From Patescibacteria group bacterium (lineage in GTDB: Bacteria; Patescibacteriota; Patescibacteriia; PEXW01): 48,297 nt of DNA. The notes beneath the pieces were generated by a model. That model saw only the letters and a list, made by a program, of their open reading frames with translations, was not told the origin of the DNA and ran no database searches. The stretch is taken from assembly GCA_038065235.1 (NCBI GenBank), contig JBBTRK010000004.1:1-48297 (forward strand), written 5' to 3'. The first letter of the stretch is position 1, and every line of letters begins with the position of its first letter. Made by a program: the position numbers and the translations under genes. Below, in pieces: positions 27,666 through 37,218 of this stretch.

Positions 27666-27848
27666 AGTTTGCAAGGAAAATAACGACTATACCGAATTAT
27701 GGCCTTTATCAGGCTGTGGATAAATCCTAAAAACAATTGAAAAAAGCTGCAAATACTTAGGAAAACAGAGGTACTTGCAAAAAATCCTGCTATTTCCTTA
27801 GGAATATGCTATAGTCTTTGCATCATTCGCATCTAACCCCATGAAACC

Positions 27849-28130
27849 ATGGCAAAAGGCATGAGCAAGTCTGCCTTCATCGCCCTATTGGCGGAGAAGT
27901 CTGGACACAGCAAGAAAGAGATAACAGCTCTCTGGGAGCTGATTGTGACAACGGCGTACGCCGAAGCGAAGAAGGGTGAAATTACCCTTCCAGGTTTGGG
28001 TAAACTGTTGAAGAAGCACCGCGCAGCGCGAAAGGGCCGCAACCCTGCCACTGGGGCGGAGATCCAGATCCCGGCCAAAACCGTGGTGAAGTTCCGCGTG
28101 GCAAAGGCTGCGAAAGATTCTATCCTATAG
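27849..28130 (+). CDS. hup: HU family DNA-binding protein
   Basis: ITLPGLGK...RAARKGRNPATGAEIQIPAKTVVKFR. Confidence 0.95.
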   Translation: MAKGMSKSAFIALLAEKSGHSKKEITALWELIVTTAYAEAKKGEITLPGLGKLLKKHRAARKGRNPATGAEIQIPAKTVVKFRVAKAAKDSIL

Positions 28131-28210
28131 AATCTTGAGCAGTCCCGAGCCTGGTCGAGGGACCTCCAACCCGCCAAGGACTCGATTCTCTAAGATTTGC
28201 TGAAATCTTC

Positions 28211-28238
28211 AAAAAGCCCCCGTAATTGGGGGCTTTTT
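28211..28238. terminator. Bidirectional terminator
   Basis: aaaaagcccc(c)gtaattgggggcttttt between convergent genes. Confidence 0.85.
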
Positions 28239-28255
28239 AGCATAAAATCCCCTCC

Positions 28256-28584
28256 TCAAACCCTCCTCGCAAACGGCTCAAGGGCAACTATATGTGCTTG
28301 CGATCCGTACTGGAAAGCACGCGTTTTCCGTAAAGCGTGTCCACTAAGCTAATAAGTTTCTTGTCCTCTTTTCTGGTGAGCACAACCAATTCGCCTCGTA
28401 AATTATCAAGCTTATCGTCTAAATAATCTTTGGTTACCAGATATGACATCTGGGTCCGCACTGCTTTCATATCAATCTCAACCACGCTTAAACGTTTATC
28501 CACATGCTCCGAAAGCGCGTAAACAGCTTCCAAAACATCATCAATGTTTGTTGCTTTTGATGACTTTTTAATAATTTTAGACAT
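28256..28584 (-). pseudogene. Coiled-coil protein paralog with a 2-nt frameshift near the C-terminus (ORF stops at 28288)
   Basis: Shares VTKDYLDDK..LRGELVVLTR.ED.KL with its neighbour; the out-of-frame tail VALEPFARRV* matches the neighbour's LGMEPFARRV*. Confidence 0.7.
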
Positions 28585-28598
28585 AAAATATAGGTTTA

Positions 28599-29003
28599 TT
28601 ACACCCTCCTCGCAAACGGCTCCATGCCTAGAACTGTCTTTCGGCCGGAAGCCGAAAGTGATTCTTCGCTATACAGTTCTTCCACAAGCGAAGCGAGCTT
28701 TGCGTCTTCCCGACGGGTCAAAACCACCAATTCCCCTCGTAAACTGCCAATTTTATCGTCTAGGTAGTCTTTTGTGACCATGCTGCTCTCAATATGGGCA
28801 AATCGTTTATAGACCTGGTCAAATCTCTCGTCCATATGGGTAGCTAAGTCATCCACATGGGTCGCAAGATCGTTTACATGGGTAGACAGAACATTCACAT
28901 TGCTAGAAAGTTCGTTCATTCGGGTAGTCAAAATGCCTACATTGCCGGCCAGTGTCTTAACTTCACTCATAACCTCAGAATTCGTAACTTCTTTTGTAGT
29001 CAT
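28599..29003 (-). CDS. Coiled-coil hypothetical protein with heptad repeats
   Basis: LSTHVND-LATHVDD-LATHMDE heptads; paralog of the adjacent gene. Confidence 0.8.
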   Translation of the reverse strand: MTTKEVTNSEVMSEVKTLAGNVGILTTRMNELSSNVNVLSTHVNDLATHVDDLATHMDERFDQVYKRFAHIESSMVTKDYLDDKIGSLRGELVVLTRREDAKLASLVEELYSEESLSASGRKTVLGMEPFARRV

Positions 29004-29217
29004 ATAAAATGGATGAGTTAGTTCATCCCCTTGTCAGATACAGGATACACCACACAGAACCCAATCGGCAATATTTGACAAATTCTACACAATTTATTGT
29101 AATAACTTGACAAATTTATACTATTGCTCCAGTGTATTAGCACGTTTAACTGAAGTTTTCCTGGAGGGGTAAACTCTGTTTTATTTAGTGAGAATTCGAA
29201 CGATCGCGAACGAAGCA

Positions 29218-29246
29218 TTGACAGTAATCATGGTCTGCGCTATAAA
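29218..29246 (+). promoter_or_regulatory. sigma70 promoter of the large surface-protein gene
   Basis: TTGACA-17 bp-TATAAA. Confidence 0.7.
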
Positions 29247-29424
29247 AGTTAGCTTTCACTAGAGACATCCTCCACATGGGCAATTGCATTTCTGCAAGTA
29301 CAGTGCAAGGGAAATATCCATCAAATTTGGCTAATATTAGCCATTTTTTAATTTCAAAAATCAATCGCCATTACCAGGCACCCTCACCATTTTGCATTTT
29401 TTTACTTTCTTAACCGTCAATCAT

Positions 29425-32400
29425 ATGACGAATTTCTCTGTTTCCTGGAAGTCGGCCGGCAAGGTCAATTTCCTCAAAGCTAAGGTCATCAAGCGCCGCG
29501 CTTGGAAAACACTCAATGTGATTTCCACATTGGCTATAGTACTGAATACGGGGTTGATCGGCTCGTTTCTAACTCCAAATGTAGCAGGCGCTACTGGTAC
29601 TGGTGCGGTATGCCCAGCGGGAAACGTAAAACTAAATATTGATAGTGGATACGAATATAACGATGGCTCAGGGACAATTAATGGTAACGGTACAACCGTT
29701 ACTTGGGCTCCAGCTGCAGGTTTTGTAGTTACAAGTGTTTGCGTAAAAATTGGTGGTCATGATGGTGGCACTCTTATATATCCGACAGTTGGTAACGGAA
29801 CATACACCACAACTTCAAACAATATTAGCCATGCTGTTCTCTACACTGACCAACTAAATCCGGATCTGAAAATCAAGAAGTACGCGTGGGATACACAGTC
29901 TTCGAGTTGGAAAAACTGGGATCCCTCAGATGACTATGCATGGGCCAATCCGGGAGACACCGTAAACTTCATGGTAAAAGTCTGGAATGTTGGCTCAGAA
30001 ACTGGGGTAACAAACATTTCTGACTCACTTGATAGCGGTACAAACGGCATCTGGCAATCCCAACCAACCCCTGATACTAACAACGTCACCCTCATCGGCG
30101 GAGCCGCAAGCGAACCGGCTTTTACAGCAGGCGGCAACACCGACGGGACAACTAATTTCTATGTCTACACGTACACAGGAACACTAAAATCTTGGTACGC
30201 GAATGATGCTGAATACTATAGCATAAACAAAGCACAACTTTCACAAAATAACCAATACTCAAAAGCGAAGGTTAAGGTTGCGTACCAATGTGATCTCGTC
30301 GTCACGAAAACTGGCACCCCAAGTGTGACGCCTGGTGGCACTATTACCTACACACTCCATTACGAGAATAAGGGCACAGCAAACTGCACGGGCGGCGGGG
30401 TCTTAGTGAAAGACACCATTCCAGCAGCAACTACTTTTGTCAGCGCCTCACCAAGTGTTACGCCGGTAAGTAATGTCCTAACCTGGAACCTCGGCACCAT
30501 CCCGCCGCTAGTTTCTGGTGACGTAAAAGCATCAGGAGACTTAACCTTCACCGTAACAGCCAATGACAAGCCTGAAGTACGCTGCGATGACTGGACAATA
30601 GAGAACCAAGCAAAATACTGGGCCAGTGAATTTGGCAGCAACAACTGGAAATTCACCGACAGTAACCCTGACCTGCAAGGTACTCAACCATTCATAACAA
30701 GTGTTACAGCGCCCTGCTCAACCACGCTCACAATCATCAAAAACGTCATCAACGACAATGGGGGCAACTCCCAGCCTAACGAATTCAACTTGTCTATCGG
30801 TGGCGCAGCGACACTGTCCGGCGTGCCAATGACTGTAGAGGCAAATACACCTTACGTCATTAGTGAATCATTAACGGTACCGGGGTATACCTTCGTTTCC
30901 ATCACGGGCGATGCCAAGTGTCCAACATACGTAGGCGGCAGCATCACTCTGGATGAAGGTGACGACATTACGTGCACTTTCACCAATGACGACATTGCGC
31001 CGAAACTCACTTTGGTGAAAACCATTACCAATGATAACGGCGGGAATGCACAACCGAATGACTTCAAACTTACCATCGGTGGCGCAGCCACCCTGTCCGG
31101 CGTACCGATGACGGTTATGGCAAATACGCCCTACGCCATTAACGAAACGTCGGTAGACGGGTATACCTTCGTCTCTATCACGGGCGATAAGCGGTGCCCG
31201 GCTAACTTAGGTGTCACCATTAGTCTGAACGAAGGTGATAACGTCACCTGCACCATCACCAACACCCGCGACACGGGCGACTTGATTGTCCACAAGAACG
31301 TGCTGAACCCAGATGGCAATGAGGTTACGGACACGCATGCGTTTACGGTCACGCTGAACGGCGGCGACCAGAAGACCATTGCCGAAGGCACGGATGCGAC
31401 GTACAGCAACCTGCCAACGGGCAGCTACTCGATGGTTGAAAATCACGACAACGATTACGACTTCTCTGGCTGGTACCCGACTGGTAGCACGGAATACTCT
31501 TGCAACAATCCCAAAGAAAAAACGCTGCCAATTTCGGTTGATGTCGCGGTAAGCCCAACCACGGAAATCACTCTGTGCAACAAACAGAAGAAGGCCAAAA
31601 TCACCATCTCCAAAGATGTGCGTGACTTCCAGGGTAAGGGCGTAAACGAAGTAGGAAACTTCTCAGTGACGAGCGATGCCGGAGACTTCACCATTGCCGA
31701 ATACGATCCAGAAGTACTCTCGGTAAATCCTGGGACGTACACATTCAAGGAATTAGCACATGGTAACTACACTATCCATTCCACGAACCCGAAAGAAATC
31801 ACGGTTGGGAGCAATGGTGAAGAAGCGTACACCTTTGAGAACTGGCAGAAGCCGTCGTACATCACCGGCCAGAAGTTTGAAGACCACAACGGCACCGGTA
31901 CGAAGAAAGACGCAGGGGATCAGGGTCTAGCGAACTGGGAGATCTGCATTGGCGCCCAGAACTGTACACTCACCGACGTCAACGGCAACTACTCTTTCGG
32001 CCCACTCGCATCGGGGACGTACACCGTGACAGAAACCCAGCAGACCGGGTGGACGCAAACGGCACCGAAAAGCACACACGTCGTTACTCTCGGGATCAAT
32101 CAGACGGTGGTCGACAAAGACTTCGGCAACTTCCAACTCGGGAAAATCTGGGGCTACAAGTACGATACGCTGGATAACCCCTTGGATGACTGGAAGATTT
32201 GTTTGAACGCGGATAATTGTGAATGGACCGATGGTAATGGATTTTACGAGTTCACTGACCTTGAGGCTGGCGACTACACCGTTTACGAAGACCTTACGAA
32301 CGTAACTGGTTGGTACGCAGTATGGCCCAATGTCCTTGGCATCCACGAAACGATCACAATAAATTCTGGGGACAAAATCCAAAAAGATTTCGTAAACTTC

Positions 32401-34659
32401 CAGGGCGTGAACATTTCTGGTAGCAAGTTCAACGACCTCAACGGTAACGGCGAATGGGACAGCGGCGAACCGGGCCTTCCCGACTGGACCATCCAGCTCC
32501 TCAAAGACGAGGATGGATTCGAAGTCGCGGATTCTGCCACCACGGATGTGAACGGTAACTACACCTTCGGCCCAATTGGCCCTGGCGACTACCGTGTACG
32601 CGAAGTGCAGCAATCACCGACTTGGACGCAAGCCACAAGCAACCCTGAAGATTTTACGACCGTAAGCGGACAGGATGTGAATGGCCTGGACTTCGGCAAC
32701 TACAAGTACGGCCGCATCTCTGGCTACAAGTACGACAATGATGAGGAACCCCTAGATGGTTGGCAAATTTGTTTGGTGAAAAACCAACCAGAGCTCAACA
32801 CTATCTCGCGCGTAAGCATCCAGGAACCGAACTGCAAGATCACTGGCACAGGCGAATGGCAAGACGGCTATTACGAGTTCACCGGTTTAACCACTGGCGA
32901 GTACTCCGTATCCGAAACGCAGCAGTATGGCTGGACACAAATAGCGCCAGAGGGCAACGTCTTCAACATTTCTGTCCAGTCGGGTACCGACTCGAAAAAT
33001 AACGACTTCTGGAACCGCAAAAATACTTTCAACGTGTCCATTGATAAAGTGGCCGCGGAAAGCGTGAATGCGGGTGAGAACCTAACGTACACGCTCAACT
33101 GGAGCGTCACGGGTAACACCCCCGTGGAGGTCAAGCTCTTCGATGTGCTGCCAGCAAACACTACGTTCGTCTCGGCCACAGGTAGCGGCACCCTCGACGT
33201 AAATACGGTTCGCTGGAATCTGGGTACAAAAACCCCAGCCGACAGTGGCTTCGTAACCCTCACCGTGAAGGTGAATAGCCCGTTGGATAAGGGCACGATA
33301 ATCGCCAACACCGGCAACATCTGCGGCTTGGGTGCAATCGCCGATGGTGAGCCGTTCTTCTCGAACGGGGAAGACCTGCGCCGCCAGAAGTGCGACGATG
33401 ATCCAGCTACAACAACTGTTAATGCAGAGCCATTGCTCGGCATCGCCAAAGTAGCAAACCCAACGACGGTTGGTGGCAACCAGAATGTTACCTATACCGT
33501 AACTTGGTCTGTTGCGGGCAACTCTAAGGCAACCAACGTCGTGGTCACGGACCCCATCCCGGCCAGCACAACCTACGTGTCTATGGGTTGCGGCACCACA
33601 ACCGGCACCTGCACCATGAGTACAACTGGCACACCTGTGACCTCCACAACCTGGAACCTCGGAATACGGCTCCCAGGTGAAGGCGGTACGCTTACCCTCG
33701 TGGTGAAGACGGCTATTTCCGTGCCGAACGGCTCCGTGATTCCGAACAAGGCGACGATTGCTGCGCAAGACATTGACCCAGTCTTCGCGGCAGCAGACGT
33801 GAAAGCCGCAACGGCTCCACAGCTGCAGATTACGAAGACGGCAAATGCGACCATCGTGAACCCGGGTGACCCGATTAGCTACACGGTGAAGGTGAAGAAC
33901 ATTGGTACTGACACGGCAGTGAATGCGGTCATGACCGATACGCTCCCCGCAGGCTTCACCTTTGTGAGTACCAGCCCGGTGGCAACGAGCATCGTGGGTC
34001 AAACTGGCACCTGGAATCTTGGCGATATGGCTGTGGGTGCAGAGAAAACTATAACTTACACCGTTAACGTCACTCCAGGCACCACTGCTGGTACGTACGA
34101 CAACATTGCCAAAGCCAAGGCAAATAATGCGCCAGAAGTGAGCACAAAGGTCCCAGTGCAAACCCGCGTACCGCAAGTTCTGGGTGAAACCACGAACCCA
34201 GTGCTGCAGCTCCGCAAGAGCGTGAGCAAGGCAACAGTGGCGCCAGGCGATACTGTCACGTACACCGTGGAGATTAAGAACACGGGCACGGGCAGTGCTA
34301 TCAACGTCATTCTGACTGACCTCCTCCCCGTGGGCTTTGCCTTCAAAGGCACAGACTTGACGACCAAGGAATGGAAGCTCGGTGACATCGGTGTCGGCGA
34401 GACCAAAACCGTGAGCTACAAGGTGACCGTGGGCAAGAGCGTCCCGAACGGTTCCTACGAAAACCTCGCAATTGCCCAAGCCGACAACCATGGCAAGGTA
34501 ACCACGAGCGTACCAGTACAAGTGAAGCGCGGTCGCGTACTAGCTGAAGTCGTTGATACTGGTGCTGGTCCAGTAGACCTCGCGGTTGCAGGGGTAGGCC
34601 TTGGTCTCATCGTCCTGGGCTTCGTCCTCACCCGCAAGCGCGGAGAGGAACTCGCCTAA
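29425..34659 (+). CDS. Large surface adhesin-like protein (DUF11 and SdrD-B/CnaB-type Ig repeats), probable sortase substrate
   Basis: N-terminal TM; repeated K.....V.PG..ITYT and G.KF.D.NG.G..D.GE.GL..W.I units; C-terminal VVDTG + TM + RKR; likely start ATG 29425. Confidence 0.9.
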   Translation: MTNFSVSWKSAGKVNFLKAKVIKRRAWKTLNVISTLAIVLNTGLIGSFLTPNVAGATGTGAVCPAGNVKLNIDSGYEYNDGSGTINGNGTTVTWAPAAGFVVTSVCVKIGGHDGGTLIYPTVGNGTYTTTSNNISHAVLYTDQLNPDLKIKKYAWDTQSSSWKNWDPSDDYAWANPGDTVNFMVKVWNVGSETGVTNISDSLDSGTNGIWQSQPTPDTNNVTLIGGAASEPAFTAGGNTDGTTNFYVYTYTGTLKSWYANDAEYYSINKAQLSQNNQYSKAKVKVAYQCDLVVTKTGTPSVTPGGTITYTLHYENKGTANCTGGGVLVKDTIPAATTFVSASPSVTPVSNVLTWNLGTIPPLVSGDVKASGDLTFTVTANDKPEVRCDDWTIENQAKYWASEFGSNNWKFTDSNPDLQGTQPFITSVTAPCSTTLTIIKNVINDNGGNSQPNEFNLSIGGAATLSGVPMTVEANTPYVISESLTVPGYTFVSITGDAKCPTYVGGSITLDEGDDITCTFTNDDIAPKLTLVKTITNDNGGNAQPNDFKLTIGGAATLSGVPMTVMANTPYAINETSVDGYTFVSITGDKRCPANLGVTISLNEGDNVTCTITNTRDTGDLIVHKNVLNPDGNEVTDTHAFTVTLNGGDQKTIAEGTDATYSNLPTGSYSMVENHDNDYDFSGWYPTGSTEYSCNNPKEKTLPISVDVAVSPTTEITLCNKQKKAKITISKDVRDFQGKGVNEVGNFSVTSDAGDFTIAEYDPEVLSVNPGTYTFKELAHGNYTIHSTNPKEITVGSNGEEAYTFENWQKPSYITGQKFEDHNGTGTKKDAGDQGLANWEICIGAQNCTLTDVNGNYSFGPLASGTYTVTETQQTGWTQTAPKSTHVVTLGINQTVVDKDFGNFQLGKIWGYKYDTLDNPLDDWKICLNADNCEWTDGNGFYEFTDLEAGDYTVYEDLTNVTGWYAVWPNVLGIHETITINSGDKIQKDFVNFQGVNISGSKFNDLNGNGEWDSGEPGLPDWTIQLLKDEDGFEVADSATTDVNGNYTFGPIGPGDYRVREVQQSPTWTQATSNPEDFTTVSGQDVNGLDFGNYKYGRISGYKYDNDEEPLDGWQICLVKNQPELNTISRVSIQEPNCKITGTGEWQDGYYEFTGLTTGEYSVSETQQYGWTQIAPEGNVFNISVQSGTDSKNNDFWNRKNTFNVSIDKVAAESVNAGENLTYTLNWSVTGNTPVEVKLFDVLPANTTFVSATGSGTLDVNTVRWNLGTKTPADSGFVTLTVKVNSPLDKGTIIANTGNICGLGAIADGEPFFSNGEDLRRQKCDDDPATTTVNAEPLLGIAKVANPTTVGGNQNVTYTVTWSVAGNSKATNVVVTDPIPASTTYVSMGCGTTTGTCTMSTTGTPVTSTTWNLGIRLPGEGGTLTLVVKTAISVPNGSVIPNKATIAAQDIDPVFAAADVKAATAPQLQITKTANATIVNPGDPISYTVKVKNIGTDTAVNAVMTDTLPAGFTFVSTSPVATSIVGQTGTWNLGDMAVGAEKTITYTVNVTPGTTAGTYDNIAKAKANNAPEVSTKVPVQTRVPQVLGETTNPVLQLRKSVSKATVAPGDTVTYTVEIKNTGTGSAINVILTDLLPVGFAFKGTDLTTKEWKLGDIGVGETKTVSYKVTVGKSVPNGSYENLAIAQADNHGKVTTSVPVQVKRGRVLAEVVDTGAGPVDLAVAGVGLGLIVLGFVLTRKRGEELA

Positions 34660-34668
34660 CTGCATACA

Positions 34669-35385
34669 ATGGTTGACCTTCATCCAGGTCATACCAAAGA
34701 AAGGAAGCTCACCCGTCGGGTGGGCTTCCTTCTCATTGGCATTGGCCTCGTCGTGCTTTCATACCCGCTCTGGCCAATTATCCGGTATCAGGTTGCGGGG
34801 CCAGTGAGCACACCGGAGGAGCCAGTGTTCCCGTACGAGAGTAACCTCATTACCGCCGATGGCACAATTGCCGTTCCGACGACGAATGGGGAAGGAATTC
34901 AAATCCTTACCAACGTACGGCAAGCACTCAACGTCCCGTTACCGACGACCAAACGCGTAAAGGCAAGAGTTGTAAATCGAGTGCGCCCACCAGACAACCG
35001 CTTGGTCATCCCGAAAATTGGCGTTAACTTACCAATCGTCGAAGGCCAAGAAAGCGAAGCAGCGCTTTGGAAAGGTGCCTGGCGCATTGCCGACTCTTCC
35101 ACACCCAAAATTGGTGGCAATACCGTACTCTCTGCTCACCGCTTTCGCTACCGACCACCGTCGAACCTCACGCTGTACCTCTTGGATAAGCTGCAACCAG
35201 GTGACATCATGATCATCTACTGGCAAGGCAAGGAGTATGACTACCGGGTGACGGAAAGGAAAATTGTGCCGCGGGATAACACGGACATTGCCGAGCCGAC
35301 ACTAACTGACCAGCTCACCGTATTCACTTGCCATCCGCTCTTCTCGACGAAGGAACGATTGGTTGTAATCGGGGTGCTACTTTAA
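34669..35385 (+). CDS. Sortase
   Basis: N-terminal TM, RLVIPKIG, GNTVLSAHR (His), TVFTCHP (Cys), ERLVV (Arg). Confidence 0.93.
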   Translation: MVDLHPGHTKERKLTRRVGFLLIGIGLVVLSYPLWPIIRYQVAGPVSTPEEPVFPYESNLITADGTIAVPTTNGEGIQILTNVRQALNVPLPTTKRVKARVVNRVRPPDNRLVIPKIGVNLPIVEGQESEAALWKGAWRIADSSTPKIGGNTVLSAHRFRYRPPSNLTLYLLDKLQPGDIMIIYWQGKEYDYRVTERKIVPRDNTDIAEPTLTDQLTVFTCHPLFSTKERLVVIGVLL

Positions 35386-35537
35386 TGTCATTGCGAGGAG
35401 TCCCGCAGATGCGGGACGACGCGGCAATCCCGCTTTTATCGGTACCAGTCACAAGTACCGCGGGATTGCTCCCGCCTGCCTCGGCTTCGCCGAAGGCGAT
35501 GGCGGGCAGGTCGTCGCTGCTACTCCTCGCAATGACA
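35386..35537. repeat. GTCATTGCGAG-type palindrome with a nested second hairpin
   Basis: Same terminal IRs as 15902-15995; contains cctgcc..ggcttcgccgaaggc..ggcagg. Confidence 0.85.
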
Positions 35538-35588
35538 AAAATGCTATACTTGACGGAGTAGTGTATTTGTGATATTCTCTTCGGTCAT

Positions 35589-37004
35589 ATGAACACGACG
35601 TCATCAACCAAGAAGCCGTTGCACCATCGCATCGCGCACCACGCGAAGCACTGGTTCATTCCGCACGAAGGCAATGACCACAAGCCGCACGCGCTGCGGC
35701 CGCAAGCGTTACGTGCCTACGCCTACGTCCTCATCACGGCAAAAGTCGCAAGCGTCATTTTCCTATTCGCGGCGTTCCCAAACCGGGCAGAATTTGCTGC
35801 GTATACATCCAGCACAATTGTTGCCCTCACCAATGCTTCACGGCAAGAGCGTAAACTCGAAGTGCTGCGGGCAAACCCGCTCCTCGACCAAGCCGCTCAG
35901 CGGAAAGCGAAAGACATGCTCGCACGGAATTACTTCGCGCACACCACGCCAGATGGCAAACGGTTCTGGACGTGGATAGATGGCACGGGCTACAACTATT
36001 CGCTCGCCGGGGAAAACCTGGCAATCGATTTCTCAACCCCAGAAGCAGCACATAGTGCCCTCCTTGCGAGCCCCACGCACAAGGAGAACATCATGAATAC
36101 ACGCTACAAGGAAATTGGCGTGGCGGTCGTCACTGGAACTATGGATGGCCAGGAGACTACCGTACTAGTCGAAATGTTCGGAACACAAGTAGCAAAGAAG
36201 ACCACCGTGGCAAAGGTCACCACCGTGAAACCGAAAGTGACCACCCCAAAGCCGAAACCGGTCATCAAGCCATCGCCGAAGCCGCAAGTGCGGGCGGAGG
36301 AGACGCCAACGCCGACGGGTTTGCTCACGCAACAAAGTGCGGACACGCTATCGGTACCGCCAAACTCTAGCGTCGACGTGTGGGCGGAATTCCGTAACAC
36401 GGGCACCCAGACCTGGAAAACCGGAAACTTCAGCCTGGTCACCGTCGAACCGACGAAGCACGACTCGCCTATTCGCCATAGCAACTGGGAAAGCGCGAGC
36501 ATTGTTGCTGCACTCAGCGAAGACGTTGCCCCACAGACAATTGTCCGTTTCGAGTGGAAGGTGCAGTCACCCGTAACCTTAGGGACGGTCACCGAACGCT
36601 TTGCCCTCATTGATACGGAAGGCACGGTACTGCCAAAGACTACCGTGACGATTGGAATTTCCGCTCAAGAACCAACCGCGCTGGCAACGACGCTACCCCC
36701 AACCCAGACCGACGTGAGCAACCCGGCAGCTACGAGCCAGCCTGAGCAGGTAGCAGCTCCTACGGTATCCCGCGCCCACGACCTCACCAGCCGAGTCATT
36801 GCCTTTACCGACCGCTTCTACCTGGCTTTCTTATTCTTCCTCCTGCTCGCCTTAGGCATGAACATCTTCATCAAGATCCGCATCCAGCACGCTCATGTCA
36901 TTAGCCAGACGGCCATTGTTATCGCCATTGCGGCAACTGGCCTGTTCCTGAAATTCCACTTCCTGCAAAACCTGGGCCAGGTAGTGAAAGTGCTAGGCCA
37001 GTAG
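35589..37004 (+). CDS. CAP/SCP-domain membrane protein with an Ig-like domain
   Basis: AAQRKAKDMLARNYFAH, AGENLA, SPTHKENIM; Pro/Lys/Thr linker; C-terminal TMs. Confidence 0.9.
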   Translation: MNTTSSTKKPLHHRIAHHAKHWFIPHEGNDHKPHALRPQALRAYAYVLITAKVASVIFLFAAFPNRAEFAAYTSSTIVALTNASRQERKLEVLRANPLLDQAAQRKAKDMLARNYFAHTTPDGKRFWTWIDGTGYNYSLAGENLAIDFSTPEAAHSALLASPTHKENIMNTRYKEIGVAVVTGTMDGQETTVLVEMFGTQVAKKTTVAKVTTVKPKVTTPKPKPVIKPSPKPQVRAEETPTPTGLLTQQSADTLSVPPNSSVDVWAEFRNTGTQTWKTGNFSLVTVEPTKHDSPIRHSNWESASIVAALSEDVAPQTIVRFEWKVQSPVTLGTVTERFALIDTEGTVLPKTTVTIGISAQEPTALATTLPPTQTDVSNPAATSQPEQVAAPTVSRAHDLTSRVIAFTDRFYLAFLFFLLLALGMNIFIKIRIQHAHVISQTAIVIAIAATGLFLKFHFLQNLGQVVKVLGQ

Positions 37005-37218
37005 GGGTTGATTTCCAAATCCTGTATAAAATCAGTTTTGGGTGTTAACTTTTAACCTGCATTTCCTAAAGAACAAATTAATCATACATGCTACGATATT
37101 ATAAACCTTGAGTGATCTTGGAGTTTATAAATAGTTCTTTAACAACACACTAACCTTCGAGTTACGCAATGCTGTTCGGCAAAGTCAAACGGCATGTGAC
37201 TCGGCAAAGGAGGCAACA

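Noticed and set aside
30720-31265. DGR template/variable repeat pair
   Set aside because: In-frame tandem domain duplication; differences are not adenine-specific and no RT is nearby
33082-34521. 479-aa antisense ORF (and other long antisense ORFs)
   Set aside because: Shadow frames of well-supported genes on the opposite strand
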